64,000 bases of DNA from Myxococcota bacterium (GTDB lineage Bacteria; Myxococcota_A; UBA9160; SMWR01): assembly GCA_035258825.1 (NCBI GenBank), contig DATFWW010000025.1, positions 17,805 to 81,804 of the forward strand, read 5' to 3'. Below the pieces are notes generated by a model. That model worked only from the letters and a program-made list of their open reading frames with translations. It did no database searches and was not told where the DNA came from. Of the stretch, positions 1-11,870 are shown in pieces; position 1 is the stretch's first letter, and each line of letters starts with the position of its first letter. Made by a program: the position numbers and the translations under genes.

Positions 1-62
1 TCGAGGTCGATTCCGAAGCGCCGCCTGCGGCACCGGCGCGTTCTCGCATCTCCGACGCCGAG

Positions 63-1523
63 GTGCTCGACCGGTTCCGCCCGCTGTTCCACCCGCGTGG
101 GATCATCGTGGCCGGCGCGTCGACGCACCCGGGCAAGTTCGGCTTCGTGACGCTCCACAACCTGCGCCGCTTCGGCTATGCGGGCGAGATCTTCCCCGTG
201 AACCGCGATGGCGAGGCGGTGCTCGGCCAGCCGAGCTTCCGCACCATCGACGAGATCCCGCACGGCGCCGCCGACCTCGTGTTCGTCTGCACGCCGAACC
301 AGGCCAACGTGGAGCTCCTGCGCGCGTGCGCGAAGAAGGGCGTGCGCGCGGCGTTCGTCGCGAGCGGCGGCTACGGCGAGGCCGGCGAGGCCGGCCGCGC
401 GCTCGAACGCGAGCTCGTTTCGGTGGCTAACGCGCTCGGCATCGCGCTCGCGGGTCCGAACGGGCAGGGCGTGATCTCGACGCCCGTCTCGATGTGCGCG
501 CAGATCGTCGCGCCGTACCCGCCGCCGGGCCGGATTTCGGTGGCGAGCCAGAGCGGCAACCTGGTCTCGTCGTTCCTGAACTACGCGGTCGCCTCGGGCG
601 TGGGGATCAGCAAGGCGATCTCGTGCGGCAACTCCGCGCAGACCACGCTGGCCGACTACCTCGACTACTTCGGCGCCGACCCGGAGACCGCGGTGGCGCT
701 CGCCTATCTCGAGGGCGTCGCCGACGGCGCACATTTCATCGACGCGCTGCGCGCGTTCACGGCGCGCAAGCCGCTCGTGCTCGTGAAGGGCGGCGTGGCC
801 GCCGAGGGCAAGCGCGCGGCTGCGAGCCACACGGGCTCGCTCGCGAGCGACGACCGCGTGTTCGATGGCATCTGCCGGCAGTGGGGCGCGCTGCGCGCGC
901 CCACGGTGGAGGAGGCCTACGAGTGGGCGGCGACCTTTGCCACCCAGCCGCTGCCGCGCGGCCGGCACGTCGTGGTGTTCACTACGGCCGGCGGCTGGGG
1001 CGTGCTCGCTGCCGACGCCTGTGCGGCGGCGGGGCTCGAACTGATCGCGCTGCCCGAGCCGGTGCGCGAGCGCGTCGACGCGCTGGTGCCGGCCCGCTGG
1101 AGCAGGAACAACCCGATCGACCTCGCGGGCGGCGAGACGCGCGACACGATCCCCGAGCTGCTCGACGTCGTGTGCGGCCACCCGGACGTCGACGCGGTGA
1201 TCCACCTCGGGATCGGCATCCAGGCCGCCAGCGCGAACGTGCTCAAGAGCGGCGAGTTCTACCCCGGGTACGGGCTCGATCGGATCGTCGCCTTCCACGA
1301 GCGCCAGGACCGCCGCTACGCACAGGCTGCACGCGAGGCTTCGGAGCGCCACGGCAAACCCGTGCTCACGGCCACCGAGCTCGTGAACTGCGACCGCCAC
1401 TACGGCAACAGCGGGCCGCTCGGCGTCCGCGAAGAGGGGCGTCTCTGCTATGCGAGCGCCCACCGCGCCGTGCGCGCGCTCCGGGCGCTGGTCGACTACG
1501 CGGAGTACCGCGGCGGCCGATAG
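63..1523 (+). CDS. NDP-forming acyl-CoA (acetate--CoA) ligase family protein, CoA-binding plus ligase-CoA domains
   Basis: The N-terminus 'FHPRGIIVAGASTHPGKFG' is a CoA-binding Rossmann motif, followed by 'GPNGQGVIS' and 'SQSGN' succinyl-CoA-ligase-like motifs. The frame stays open to the window start, so the true start may lie upstream. Confidence 0.75.
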   Translation: MLDRFRPLFHPRGIIVAGASTHPGKFGFVTLHNLRRFGYAGEIFPVNRDGEAVLGQPSFRTIDEIPHGAADLVFVCTPNQANVELLRACAKKGVRAAFVASGGYGEAGEAGRALERELVSVANALGIALAGPNGQGVISTPVSMCAQIVAPYPPPGRISVASQSGNLVSSFLNYAVASGVGISKAISCGNSAQTTLADYLDYFGADPETAVALAYLEGVADGAHFIDALRAFTARKPLVLVKGGVAAEGKRAAASHTGSLASDDRVFDGICRQWGALRAPTVEEAYEWAATFATQPLPRGRHVVVFTTAGGWGVLAADACAAAGLELIALPEPVRERVDALVPARWSRNNPIDLAGGETRDTIPELLDVVCGHPDVDAVIHLGIGIQAASANVLKSGEFYPGYGLDRIVAFHERQDRRYAQAAREASERHGKPVLTATELVNCDRHYGNSGPLGVREEGRLCYASAHRAVRALRALVDYAEYRGGR

Positions 1524-1624
1524 GAGCAAAGCCCTCAACCCGGTGAACCGGGACGCCGCTCCCAGGGTCTGTCACAGAGGCGGTAGCCTCTGCCGCAGCG
1601 CGCAACAGGTCCCGGAGCCCTTGG

Positions 1625-2803
1625 ATGCAGAACCAGAAGACGATCGGCCTCTTCGCCGTGGCCGCGGTCGCGCTGCTGGCGCTCGGGGCGACCTGGCTCT
1701 GGCGCGGGCGGGATCCCGGAGCGTTCGTGACGGCGCCCGCCGCGCGCGTCGACCTCGTGCGGGCGATCTCGGCGACCGGCGCGGTAAACCCGGTGGTCAT
1801 CGTCCAGGTCGGGACCTACGTATCCGGCCCGATCACCGAAATCAACTGCGACTTCAACACCGAGGTCGCGGCGGGCCAGCGCTGCGCCCTGATCGACCAG
1901 CGGCCCTATCGCGTCGCGCTCGACCAGGCGCGCGCCAACCTCGAAGCAGCCGAGGCGCAGCTGGTCAAGGACCGCGCGAGCCTCGACTACACGCGGCGGG
2001 TCCACGAGAGCAACCGGGGGATGGTCGAGACCGGCGCCGTCTCCCGGCGCGAGGCCGACAACGACCTGTCCAACTACGAGCAGGCACAGGCCCAGGTGAA
2101 GCTCGACGAGGCCACGATCGCGCAGCGCAAGGCGGCGCTCGACGCCGCCCAGGTGAACCTCGACTACACCGAGATCGTCTCGCCCGTGGACGGGATCGTG
2201 GTCGCGCGCAACGTGGACGTGGGACAGACCGTGGCCGCGAGCTTCCAGACGCCCACGCTGTTCCTGATCGCGCGCGATCTCACCAAGATGCAGGTGGACG
2301 CGAGCGTGTCGGAGTCGGACGTCGGCGGCGTGAAGGTCGGCCAGCGCGCGGAGTTCACGGTCGAGGCGTTTCCGGCAAGGACCTTCGCCGGGCAGGTCGC
2401 GCAGATCCGCCAGGCGCCGATCACGGTCCAGAACGTGGTGACCTACGACGTGGTGATCGGTGTCGACAACGGCGACCTCGCGCTGCTCCCGGGCATGACC
2501 GCGAACGTGCGCGTCGTGACCGACGAGCGCGACGGCGCGCTCGCGGTGCCGCTCCAGGCGCTGCGCTTCGACCCGCGCGGGGCCGCCGGCGATCACCCTT
2601 CCGCGCAGTCCGGGGCGAAGCAGGTGTGGGTGATGCGCGACTCGGAGCCGGTCGCCGTGGCGGTGCAGGTGGGAATCGACGACGGCACCTCGGTGGAGAT
2701 CACCGGCGGCGACCTCCAGGCCGGAGATCGGGTGCTGGTGGACCGCGCGGGCCAGCGCGGTCGCAGCGGCGAGCCGCGCCGCTCCCCGTTCGCGGCGTTC
2801 TGA
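1625..2803 (+). CDS. macA: HlyD/MacA-type efflux periplasmic adaptor subunit
   Basis: It has an N-terminal TM anchor, a long coiled-coil ('ANLEAAEAQLVKDRASLDY ... AQRKAALDAAQVNLDYTEIVSPVDG') and a beta-barrel tail. It lies 8 nt upstream of macB. Confidence 0.85.
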   Translation: MQNQKTIGLFAVAAVALLALGATWLWRGRDPGAFVTAPAARVDLVRAISATGAVNPVVIVQVGTYVSGPITEINCDFNTEVAAGQRCALIDQRPYRVALDQARANLEAAEAQLVKDRASLDYTRRVHESNRGMVETGAVSRREADNDLSNYEQAQAQVKLDEATIAQRKAALDAAQVNLDYTEIVSPVDGIVVARNVDVGQTVAASFQTPTLFLIARDLTKMQVDASVSESDVGGVKVGQRAEFTVEAFPARTFAGQVAQIRQAPITVQNVVTYDVVIGVDNGDLALLPGMTANVRVVTDERDGALAVPLQALRFDPRGAAGDHPSAQSGAKQVWVMRDSEPVAVAVQVGIDDGTSVEITGGDLQAGDRVLVDRAGQRGRSGEPRRSPFAAF

Positions 2804-2811
2804 GCCGGACC

Positions 2812-4881
<2,070 letters not shown>

Positions 4882-4909
4882 CTCCGCTGTGCGCCATCCG
4901 GAGGTCCCC

Positions 4910-5395
4910 ATGCGTCGCCCCGTCCCGCGCGCCAACACCGCAAAGCAATCGCTCGTACCGATCCTGCTGCTCGCACTCGGCTGTGCGTCGCACCCCACCG
5001 CAGAGGGCAAAGGCATGCCGCTCGCTCCCTGTCCCGACAAGCCCAACTGCGTCTCGAGCCTCGCGCCCGACGAGGGCCACCGCGTGGCGCCATTCTCGAT
5101 CTCGCGGGGCGACAAGGGGTGGGCCGCGGTGCGCGATGCCGTGGCGGCGATGCCGCGCACGACCATCGTCGAGGAGCGCCCGGGCTACCTGCACGCCGAA
5201 TGCCGCAGCCGGATCTTCCGCTTCGTCGACGATCTCGAGCTCGAGCGCAGCAGAGCCGGCGACCGCGTCGACGTGCGATCGGCCTCGCGCGTGGGCTACG
5301 GCGACTGGGGCGTGAACCGCGCGCGTGTCGAATCGCTGCGCGATGCGCTTGCGACGGCGGGCGTCGTGAAGAGCAGCGGCTCGGCCGCGCAATGA
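4910..5395 (+). CDS. DUF1499 family lipoprotein
   Basis: It has the lipobox 'LLLALGCAS' and the 'PDKPNCVSS ... GYLHAE..SRIFRFVDDLE ... SASRVGYGDWGVNRARVE' pattern typical of DUF1499. The ATG at 4910 is preceded by GGAGG, and a GTG at 4889 is an alternative start. Confidence 0.7.
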   Translation: MRRPVPRANTAKQSLVPILLLALGCASHPTAEGKGMPLAPCPDKPNCVSSLAPDEGHRVAPFSISRGDKGWAAVRDAVAAMPRTTIVEERPGYLHAECRSRIFRFVDDLELERSRAGDRVDVRSASRVGYGDWGVNRARVESLRDALATAGVVKSSGSAAQ

Positions 5396-5402
5396 GCTGA
5401 GT

Positions 5403-6509
5403 GTGGCCACTGTCGCGATCGAGTCGGCGCCGCGCGCCGCGCGCGGGGAGCCGGAGCGCCTGCCGACCGTGTTGTCGGCGGCACCCGCGCTGCCGTCCCA
5501 CTACCGCGACCAGGAAGCGCTGATCGACGCCGCGAAGCAGTACTGGGTCCACAATCCGTCTCTGCGCCGGCGGCTCGAGCAACTGTTCCGCAGCACCGGC
5601 GTCGAAGGCCGTCACCTCGCGCTGTCGATCGACGAGATGGCCGCGCTGCGGTCGTTCGAGGACGCCAACGGCGCGTACATCCGGTGCGCGGTCGACCTCG
5701 GCGCGCGCGCCGTCTCCGACGCGCTCGCTCGCGCGGGCCGTGCGCCGCGAGACGTCGATCACGTGTTCTTCGCGTCGGTGACCGGGATCGCCACGCCCTC
5801 GATCGACGCGCGGATCGCCAACCGGCTCGGGCTGCGCCGCGACGTGAAGCGCACGCCGATCTTCGGGCTCGGCTGCGTGGCGGGCGCGGCCGGTCTCGCG
5901 CGCGCGAGCGACTATCTGCGCGCCTATCCCGACGAGGTCGCGCTGCTGCTCACCGTCGAGCTGTGCAGTCTCACGCTCCAGCGCGACGACGACTCGATCC
6001 GCAACCTGATCGCGGGCGGCCTGTTCGGCGACGGCGCCGCCGCGGTCGTGCTCGGCGGCTCTGTGAGCGCGGGCGCGGGACCACAGGTGCTCGCCACGAG
6101 GTCGGTGCTGTTCCCGGACACCGAGCAGATGATGGGATGGGACGTCACCGACCGCGGCTTCCGCGTGGTGCTGTCCGCCGATGTCCCGAGCCTCGTGCGC
6201 GACCACCTGCGCGGCGAGGTCGACGACTTCCTCGCCGGCTGCGACCTCGAGCTCGCCGAGATCGAGAGCTTCGTGTGCCATCCGGGCGGCCCCAAGGTGC
6301 TGCGCGCGCTCGCCGAGGCACTCGAGCTTCCGGACGAGGCGCTCGCGATCACCTGGAAGAGCCTCGCGCGCGTGGGCAACGTCTCGAGCGCGTCGGTGCT
6401 GTTCGTGCTCGACGAGACGATGCGCCGGCGGCCGCGCCCGGGCAGCCTCGGGCTGCTGATCGGGATGGGCCCGGGCTTCTGCGCGGAGCTGGTGCTGCTC
6501 GCATGGTGA
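5403..6509 (+). CDS. Type III polyketide synthase (chalcone-synthase-like, alkylresorcinol/alkylpyrone synthase type)
   Basis: It contains 'GLGCVAGAAGL' (active-site Cys loop), 'GLFGDGAAAVVL', 'CHPGGPKVL' and 'GNVSSASVLFVL', the Cys-His-Asn catalytic context of type III PKS. Confidence 0.9.
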   Translation: MATVAIESAPRAARGEPERLPTVLSAAPALPSHYRDQEALIDAAKQYWVHNPSLRRRLEQLFRSTGVEGRHLALSIDEMAALRSFEDANGAYIRCAVDLGARAVSDALARAGRAPRDVDHVFFASVTGIATPSIDARIANRLGLRRDVKRTPIFGLGCVAGAAGLARASDYLRAYPDEVALLLTVELCSLTLQRDDDSIRNLIAGGLFGDGAAAVVLGGSVSAGAGPQVLATRSVLFPDTEQMMGWDVTDRGFRVVLSADVPSLVRDHLRGEVDDFLAGCDLELAEIESFVCHPGGPKVLRALAEALELPDEALAITWKSLARVGNVSSASVLFVLDETMRRRPRPGSLGLLIGMGPGFCAELVLLAW

Positions 6510-7075
6510 CGGCCTATCTCGCGCTGCTCGCAGCGGTCGGGCTCGAGCGCCTGTTCGAGATCGGGCTCTCGCGGCGCAACGCGCGCCGCGCGCTCGCGCG
6601 CGGCGGCATCGAGTGCGACGCGGGGCACTTCCGGGTGATGAAGGTGCTGCACCTCTCCTTCCTCGTCGCCTGCGGAGCGGAAGTCGTGCTGCTCGGGCGC
6701 GCGTTCCATCCCGCACTCGCGGCCGCGATGCTCGCCGCGGCCGCGCTCGCGCAGGCGCTGCGCTACTGGTCGATCTGGACGCTCGGCGAGCGCTGGAACG
6801 TGCGCGTGATCGTGGTGCCGGGCGAGCCCGTGGTCACGCGCGGCCCGTATCGATTCGTTCGCCATCCCAACTACGCCGCGGTTGCGATCGAGGGCGTGGC
6901 GCTGCCGATGATCCACACGGCGTGGCTCACGGCGATCTGCTTCACGCTCGCCAACGCCGCGCTGCTCGCGGTGCGGATCGGCTGCGAGGAGCGCGCGCTC
7001 GGGCGCCTCACCGACTATCGCGACGCGCTCGGTGACCGCGCGCGCTTCCTGCCGACCCCCGGCGCATGGCGCTAG
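6503..7075 (+). CDS. Isoprenylcysteine carboxyl methyltransferase (ICMT) family membrane methyltransferase
   Basis: It is a multi-TM protein with 'VVTRGPYRFVRHPNYAAVAIEGVALP'. Its start overlaps the PKS stop (ATGGTGA), the same arrangement as the BpsB/SrsB partners of bacterial type III PKS. Confidence 0.85.
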   Translation: MVTAYLALLAAVGLERLFEIGLSRRNARRALARGGIECDAGHFRVMKVLHLSFLVACGAEVVLLGRAFHPALAAAMLAAAALAQALRYWSIWTLGERWNVRVIVVPGEPVVTRGPYRFVRHPNYAAVAIEGVALPMIHTAWLTAICFTLANAALLAVRIGCEERALGRLTDYRDALGDRARFLPTPGAWR

Positions 7076-8193
7076 CGGAATCCGCGGATCTCGCGATCGC
7101 GGGCGCGGGACCGGTCGGCCTCGCCACGGCGATCTTCGCGGCGGACGCAGGGCTGCGCGCCGTGGTGCTCGAGCGCCGCCGCGGAGAGACGATCGACAAG
7201 GCGTGCGGCGAGGGGATCATGCCGCGCGGAGTCGCGCTCTTGCGCGAGCTCGGCGTCGACCTGCCCGGGCGGCCGTTCGAGGGTGTGCGCTTCCTCTCGC
7301 GCGGTGCGGTCGCCGAGGGCCGGTTTCCGGGCGAGCCCGGGCGCGGCGTGCGGCGGATCGCCCTCTCGCGCGCGCTCCGCGAGCGCGCACGCGCGCTCGG
7401 CGTCGAAATCGTCTCCGGATGTGCGGTGCGGGACTTCGGCGAGTCCGGGGACGGGATCCGGGTCGAGACCGACGCGGGTGCGCTGTCCGCGTCGTGGCTG
7501 ATCGGCGCGGACGGTCTGCACAGCGCCATCCGCCGCAAGAGCGGGCTCGAGCGGCGCGCGCGCACGCCGCTGCGCTACGGGATCCGCCGACACTTCCGCG
7601 TGGAGCCCTGGTCGGCACTCGTCGAGGTGCACTGGGCCGACGAGGCGGAGGCGTACGTCACGCCCGTCGCGCGCGACGAGGTCGGGATCGCCTGTCTCTG
7701 GCGCGGCGACGGCCGGCGATTCGACGATCTGCTGGAGCTGTTCCCGGCGCTGCGGGCGCGGCTGCGCTGCTCCGAGCCGACCAGCGACGTGTCCGGCGCC
7801 GGGCCGTTCGCGCTGCGCGCGCGCCGCTGCTACCGCGGCCGCGTAGCGCTGGTCGGCGATGCGGCCGGGTGTCTCGATCCGCTCACGGGCGAGGGGATCA
7901 CGGTGGGACTCTTGTCCGCGCGGTCGCTCGTCGCGGCGATCGCGAGCGGAGCGCCGCTGCGCGACTACGCGCTGCGCCGGCGCCGGCTGCTGGCGGTGCC
8001 GCGCGCGCTGACGGGCCTCTTGCTCGTCGCCGCGCATCGCCCGCGCATGCGACATGCGTTCGTGTCACTCGTCGCGCGGCACCCCGGGTTGTTCGACGGC
8101 CTCGTCGCGCTGAACGCGGGCGAGCCGCTGCGCGCTCCGCGCGCGCTGCGCGGCCCGCTGCCCGCCTCGGGCTCCGACCGGAGCGCGCGTTGA
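7066..8193 (+). CDS. FAD-dependent monooxygenase/oxidoreductase (geranylgeranyl-reductase-like, SrsC-like)
   Basis: It has the dinucleotide fold 'DLAIAGAGPVGLATAIFAADAGLRAVVLER', 'DKACGEG' and 'VALVGDAAGCLDPLTGEGI'. It overlaps the methyltransferase by 10 nt. Confidence 0.85.
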   Translation: MALAESADLAIAGAGPVGLATAIFAADAGLRAVVLERRRGETIDKACGEGIMPRGVALLRELGVDLPGRPFEGVRFLSRGAVAEGRFPGEPGRGVRRIALSRALRERARALGVEIVSGCAVRDFGESGDGIRVETDAGALSASWLIGADGLHSAIRRKSGLERRARTPLRYGIRRHFRVEPWSALVEVHWADEAEAYVTPVARDEVGIACLWRGDGRRFDDLLELFPALRARLRCSEPTSDVSGAGPFALRARRCYRGRVALVGDAAGCLDPLTGEGITVGLLSARSLVAAIASGAPLRDYALRRRRLLAVPRALTGLLLVAAHRPRMRHAFVSLVARHPGLFDGLVALNAGEPLRAPRALRGPLPASGSDRSAR

Positions 8194-8765
8194 ACCGCGG
8201 TGCGGTGTCGGCCGAGCTCGCGCGCCACGCGCGCGCCCATCCCGAAGACGCCGCCGCGGGCGCGCGTTTCGCGCGGTTGCTCGAGGACACGCGCGCGCCG
8301 TTCTCGCGCGACCAGTACTCACCCGGCCACATCACCTGCTCCGCCTGCGTGCTCGACGCCCAGGGCGCGCACGTGCTGCTCCTGCACCACGCGCGGCTCG
8401 GGCGCTGGCTCCAGCCGGGCGGCCACGCCGAGCCCGGCGACGCGACGCCGCTCGCGGGCGCGCTGCGCGAGCTGCGCGAGGAGTCCGGGCTCGCCGACCC
8501 CGCGCCGCTGTGCGGCGCGGAAGGCAGCGCGCTCGTCGACGTCGACGTGCACGAGATCCCCGCGCGCGGCGCCGAGCCGGCCCATCTGCACTTCGACCTG
8601 CGCTATGGCTTTGTCGCGGACGGCGGCGCAGCGCTGCGGCGGAGCGAAGAGTCCATCGCGCTGCGCTGGGTGCTGGTCGAGCGCCTCGCCGAGCTGGAGA
8701 CGGACGAGAGCGTCACGCGGCTGGTCGCGCGCGCGCTCGCGATGTTCCGCGGAGGCAGCCGATGA
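8190..8765 (+). CDS. NUDIX hydrolase
   Basis: The Nudix box is 'GGHAEPGDATPLAGALRELREESGL'. The TTG start overlaps the upstream stop, and a GTG at 8205 is an alternative start. Confidence 0.8.
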   Translation: MNRGAVSAELARHARAHPEDAAAGARFARLLEDTRAPFSRDQYSPGHITCSACVLDAQGAHVLLLHHARLGRWLQPGGHAEPGDATPLAGALRELREESGLADPAPLCGAEGSALVDVDVHEIPARGAEPAHLHFDLRYGFVADGGAALRRSEESIALRWVLVERLAELETDESVTRLVARALAMFRGGSR

Positions 8766-9361
8766 AGCGGTGCCACTGGGTCGGATCCGATCCGATCTAC
8801 GTCGAATACCACGACACCGAGTGGGGCGTGCCGCTGCACGACGACCGCAAGCTGTTCGAGTTCCTCGTGCTCGAAGGCGCGCAGGCGGGGCTCTCCTGGC
8901 TCACGATCCTGCGCAAGCGGGAGAGCTACCGCACCGCATTCGCGGGCTTCGATCCCGAGGCAGTCGCGCGGTTCAACCGGCGCAGCGTCGAGCGCCTGCT
9001 GCAGAACCCGGGCATCGTGCGCAACCGCCAGAAGGTGGAGGCGGCGATCGCGAACGCGCGCGCGTTCCTGGCCGTTCAGGAGGAGTTCGGATCGTTCGAT
9101 CGCTATGTCTGGCGTTTCGTGGATGAGGCTCCGCTCCAGGGCCACTGGAAGAGCACCCGCGACGTGCCCGCCAAGACGCCGGAATCGGCGGCGATGTCGA
9201 AGGACCTGATCGCGCGCGGGTTCAAGTTCGTCGGCCCGACGATCTGCTATGCGCACATGCAGGCCACCGGCATGGTCAACGACCACCAGCTCGACTGCTT
9301 CCGTTGCGCGCCCGTGCGCAAGCTGGCGACCGAGCGGGACGGATCGCGCCGGTCGCGCTGA
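8762..9361 (+). CDS. tag: DNA-3-methyladenine glycosylase I
   Basis: It carries the motifs 'YHDTEWGVP', 'LEGAQAGLSW' and 'FKFVGPTICYAHMQATGMVNDH'. The ATGA overlaps the Nudix stop. Confidence 0.9.
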   Translation: MKRCHWVGSDPIYVEYHDTEWGVPLHDDRKLFEFLVLEGAQAGLSWLTILRKRESYRTAFAGFDPEAVARFNRRSVERLLQNPGIVRNRQKVEAAIANARAFLAVQEEFGSFDRYVWRFVDEAPLQGHWKSTRDVPAKTPESAAMSKDLIARGFKFVGPTICYAHMQATGMVNDHQLDCFRCAPVRKLATERDGSRRSR

Positions 9362-9376
9362 TCCGCCCCGCGTTCG

Positions 9377-10837
9377 TCAACCGCGGATCTCCTTGACCGC
9401 CGCCTCCACGCGCGCGCCGTACTCGGCGTCGGCGCTGCGGAAGTGCGCGATCGAGCGCGAGACGATGTCGGCGCGCGACACCCTCGCGAGGCCGCTGGCG
9501 ATGCTCGCGACGAGCCGGACGCGCTCGTCCTCCTTCATCAGGCGATAGAGCATCCCGGCCTGTACGAAGTCGTCGTCGTCGGCGTGGCGGACGGGCGCGT
9601 GGCCGCCGGAGCTGCCCGCGACCGCGAGCCCCGCGTAGAGTGTCTGGTTCGTCTGCTTCGGGCCGTCGAACGAGTTGGGCTCGTAGTTCTTCGCGCGCGC
9701 GCCGTTGCGGTCGATCCGCATCGCGCCGTCGCGGCCGTAGTTGGTGGCGCCGCCCGCGACGCCGCGCGCGGCATTCACTGGGAGCTGGGTGTGATTGATG
9801 CCCAGGCGGTAGCGGTGGGCATCCCCGTACGCGAACAGGCGCCCCTGGAGCATCTTGTCCGGCGACGGCCCGACGCCCGGCACGAAGTGGCCCGGGTCGA
9901 ACGCCGACTGCTCGACCTCGGCGAAGAAGCTCTCGGGGTTGCGGTCGAGCACGAGCCTGCCGACCTCGACGAGGGGGTAATCGCCGTGCGGCCAGACCTT
10001 CGTGAGGTCGAACGGGTTGAAGCGGTAGGTCGCCGCGTCGGCCTCGGGCATCAGCTGCACCTTCAGCGTCCACGACGGGAACTCGCCGCGCTCGATCGCG
10101 GTGCGCAGGTCCTGCTGCTGATGCTGCGGGTTTGCGCCGCAGATTCGCGCGCTCTCCTCGTTCGAGAGGCAACGGATGCCCTGGTCGGTCTTGAAGTGGA
10201 ACTTCACCCAGTGGCGCTCTTCCCTCGCGTTCACCCACTGGAAGGTGTGCGATCCGAAGCCGTCCATGTGGCGATAGCTGGCCGGGATGCCGCGGTCGCC
10301 GAACAGCCAGGTGAACTGGTGGGTGGCCTCCGGGCTCCACGAGAAGAAGTCCCAGACGTTCTCGGGCTCCTGCTCGTTCGTGTACGGGTCGTATTTCTGG
10401 CTGTGGATGAAGTCCGGGAACTTGAGCGGGTCGCGGATGAAGAAGATCGGCGTGTTGTTGCCAGCGAGGTCCCAGTTGCCGTCCTCGGTGTAGAACTTGA
10501 GTGCGAACCCGCGCGGGTCACGCACGCTGTCGGGTGCTCCCTTCGAGCCTGCCACGGTCGAGAAGCGCGCGAACACGGGCGTGCGCTTGCCGACCTCGCT
10601 CATCATCCGCATGCGCGTGTAGCGCGCGGCCGCGGGGTTGGTGACGGTGAAGAGGCCGTGGGCGCCCGATCCGACCGCGTGCACGACGCGCTCGGGGATC
10701 CGCTCGCGGTTGAAGCGCGCGAGCTTCTCGATCAGGTGCTGGTCCTGGAGCAGCACGGGGCCGGACGGGCCGGCGGTCTGGGAGTTCTGATTGTCGGCGA
10801 CCGGGGCGCCGGATTCGGTGCGAAGTGTGCTCGCCAT
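9377..10837 (-). CDS. katA: Monofunctional heme catalase (small-subunit type)
   Basis: It contains '[20 protein letters not shown]', '[32 protein letters not shown]' and '[14 protein letters not shown]'. A strong AGGAGG lies upstream of the ATG. Confidence 0.95.
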   Translation of the reverse strand: MASTLRTESGAPVADNQNSQTAGPSGPVLLQDQHLIEKLARFNRERIPERVVHAVGSGAHGLFTVTNPAAARYTRMRMMSEVGKRTPVFARFSTVAGSKGAPDSVRDPRGFALKFYTEDGNWDLAGNNTPIFFIRDPLKFPDFIHSQKYDPYTNEQEPENVWDFFSWSPEATHQFTWLFGDRGIPASYRHMDGFGSHTFQWVNAREERHWVKFHFKTDQGIRCLSNEESARICGANPQHQQQDLRTAIERGEFPSWTLKVQLMPEADAATYRFNPFDLTKVWPHGDYPLVEVGRLVLDRNPESFFAEVEQSAFDPGHFVPGVGPSPDKMLQGRLFAYGDAHRYRLGINHTQLPVNAARGVAGGATNYGRDGAMRIDRNGARAKNYEPNSFDGPKQTNQTLYAGLAVAGSSGGHAPVRHADDDDFVQAGMLYRLMKEDERVRLVASIASGLARVSRADIVSRSIAHFRSADAEYGARVEAAVKEIRG

Positions 10838-10869
10838 GCGATTCCTCCTGTTTGCAAGTCAGAGGGTCG

Positions 10870-10929
10870 GCCCGGCACGCGATAAGTTCCAATGAATTTA
10901 TGTTCCCGGTTTGATAATCATTGCTTTGC
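10870..10929. promoter_or_regulatory. Divergent katA/oxyR promoter region with putative OxyR (LysR T-N11-A type) operator
   Basis: This is a locally AT-rich island in a GC-rich genome: 'GATAAGTTCCAATGAATTTATGTTCCCGGTTTGATAATCATTGC'. It has imperfect ATAAG..TTTAT dyad symmetry and the TGATAATCA palindrome, and it sits between divergent katA and oxyR. Confidence 0.4.
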
Positions 10930-11826
10930 ATGGTCCAGACCCCGACGCTGCGCCAGCTCGAGTACCTGGTCGCGATCGCCGACCTCGGCAGCTTCCACGG
11001 CGCCGCGCGCGCGTGCGGCGTGTCGCAGCCGGGACTGTCGGCCCAGATCCGGCAGCTCGAATCGCTGCTCGACCTGCCCCTGCTCGAGCGCGACCGGCGC
11101 CGCGTGCTGCTGACGCCCGCGGGCGCAGAGGTGGTGCGGCGCGCGCGGGCGGTGCTGGCCGAGGCGCGCGGCCTCGTCGAGACAGCGAGCGCGCTGCAGC
11201 GCCCGCTGAGTGGGGCGCTGCGGCTCGGCGTGATCCCGACGGTCGCGCCCTATCTGCTCCCGCGCGCGCTGCCGCGCGTGCGCCGCCGCCATCCGGAGCT
11301 GCGCCTCTGGCTGCGCGAGGCGCAGACGGGTGATCTCGTCGCCGCGCTCGAACGGGGCGAGCTCGACGTGCTGCTGCTCGCGCTCGAGGCGCCGCTCGGT
11401 GATCTCGCGACGCGCGCGCTGTTCCGCGACCCGTTCCACGTCGCGCTGCCGGCCCGTCACCGTCTCGCGCGGCGGCGCCGCCTGCGCGAGCGCGACCTCG
11501 CCGGCGAGCCGGTGCTCCTGCTCGATGACGGCCACTGCCTGCGCGCTCAGGCGCTCGCCGTGTGCCGCGAGGCGGGCGCCGACGAGCACGGCGACTTCCG
11601 CGCCACCAGCCTCGGCACGCTGATCGAGATGGTGTGCGGCGGCGCCGGCGTGACGCTCCTGCCCGAGCTCTCGCTGCGCAGCGAGGCGCGCCGCACGGGC
11701 CTCGCCGTGGTGCCGTTCGCCAGACCGGAGCCGCACCGTACGATCGGACTCGCGTGGCGGCCGAGCTCGGGCCGTGCTGCCGAGTTCGCGCTGCTCGCGG
11801 AGTCGATCGCGCCGCCGGCGGAATGA
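10930..11826 (+). CDS. oxyR: LysR-family peroxide-sensing regulator OxyR
   Basis: It has an N-terminal LysR HTH ('LRQLEYLVAIADLGSFHGAARACGVSQPGLSAQIRQLE'). The redox pair context 'DDGHCLRAQALAVCREAGADEHGDFRATSLGTLIEMV' matches OxyR Cys199/Cys208 spacing. The gene is divergent from the catalase gene. Confidence 0.9.
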   Translation: MVQTPTLRQLEYLVAIADLGSFHGAARACGVSQPGLSAQIRQLESLLDLPLLERDRRRVLLTPAGAEVVRRARAVLAEARGLVETASALQRPLSGALRLGVIPTVAPYLLPRALPRVRRRHPELRLWLREAQTGDLVAALERGELDVLLLALEAPLGDLATRALFRDPFHVALPARHRLARRRRLRERDLAGEPVLLLDDGHCLRAQALAVCREAGADEHGDFRATSLGTLIEMVCGGAGVTLLPELSLRSEARRTGLAVVPFARPEPHRTIGLAWRPSSGRAAEFALLAESIAPPAE

Positions 11827-11870
11827 GCGGCGGCTTGCCGGCCTCGCGCGAGATCGCGACCTTGTGCCCG

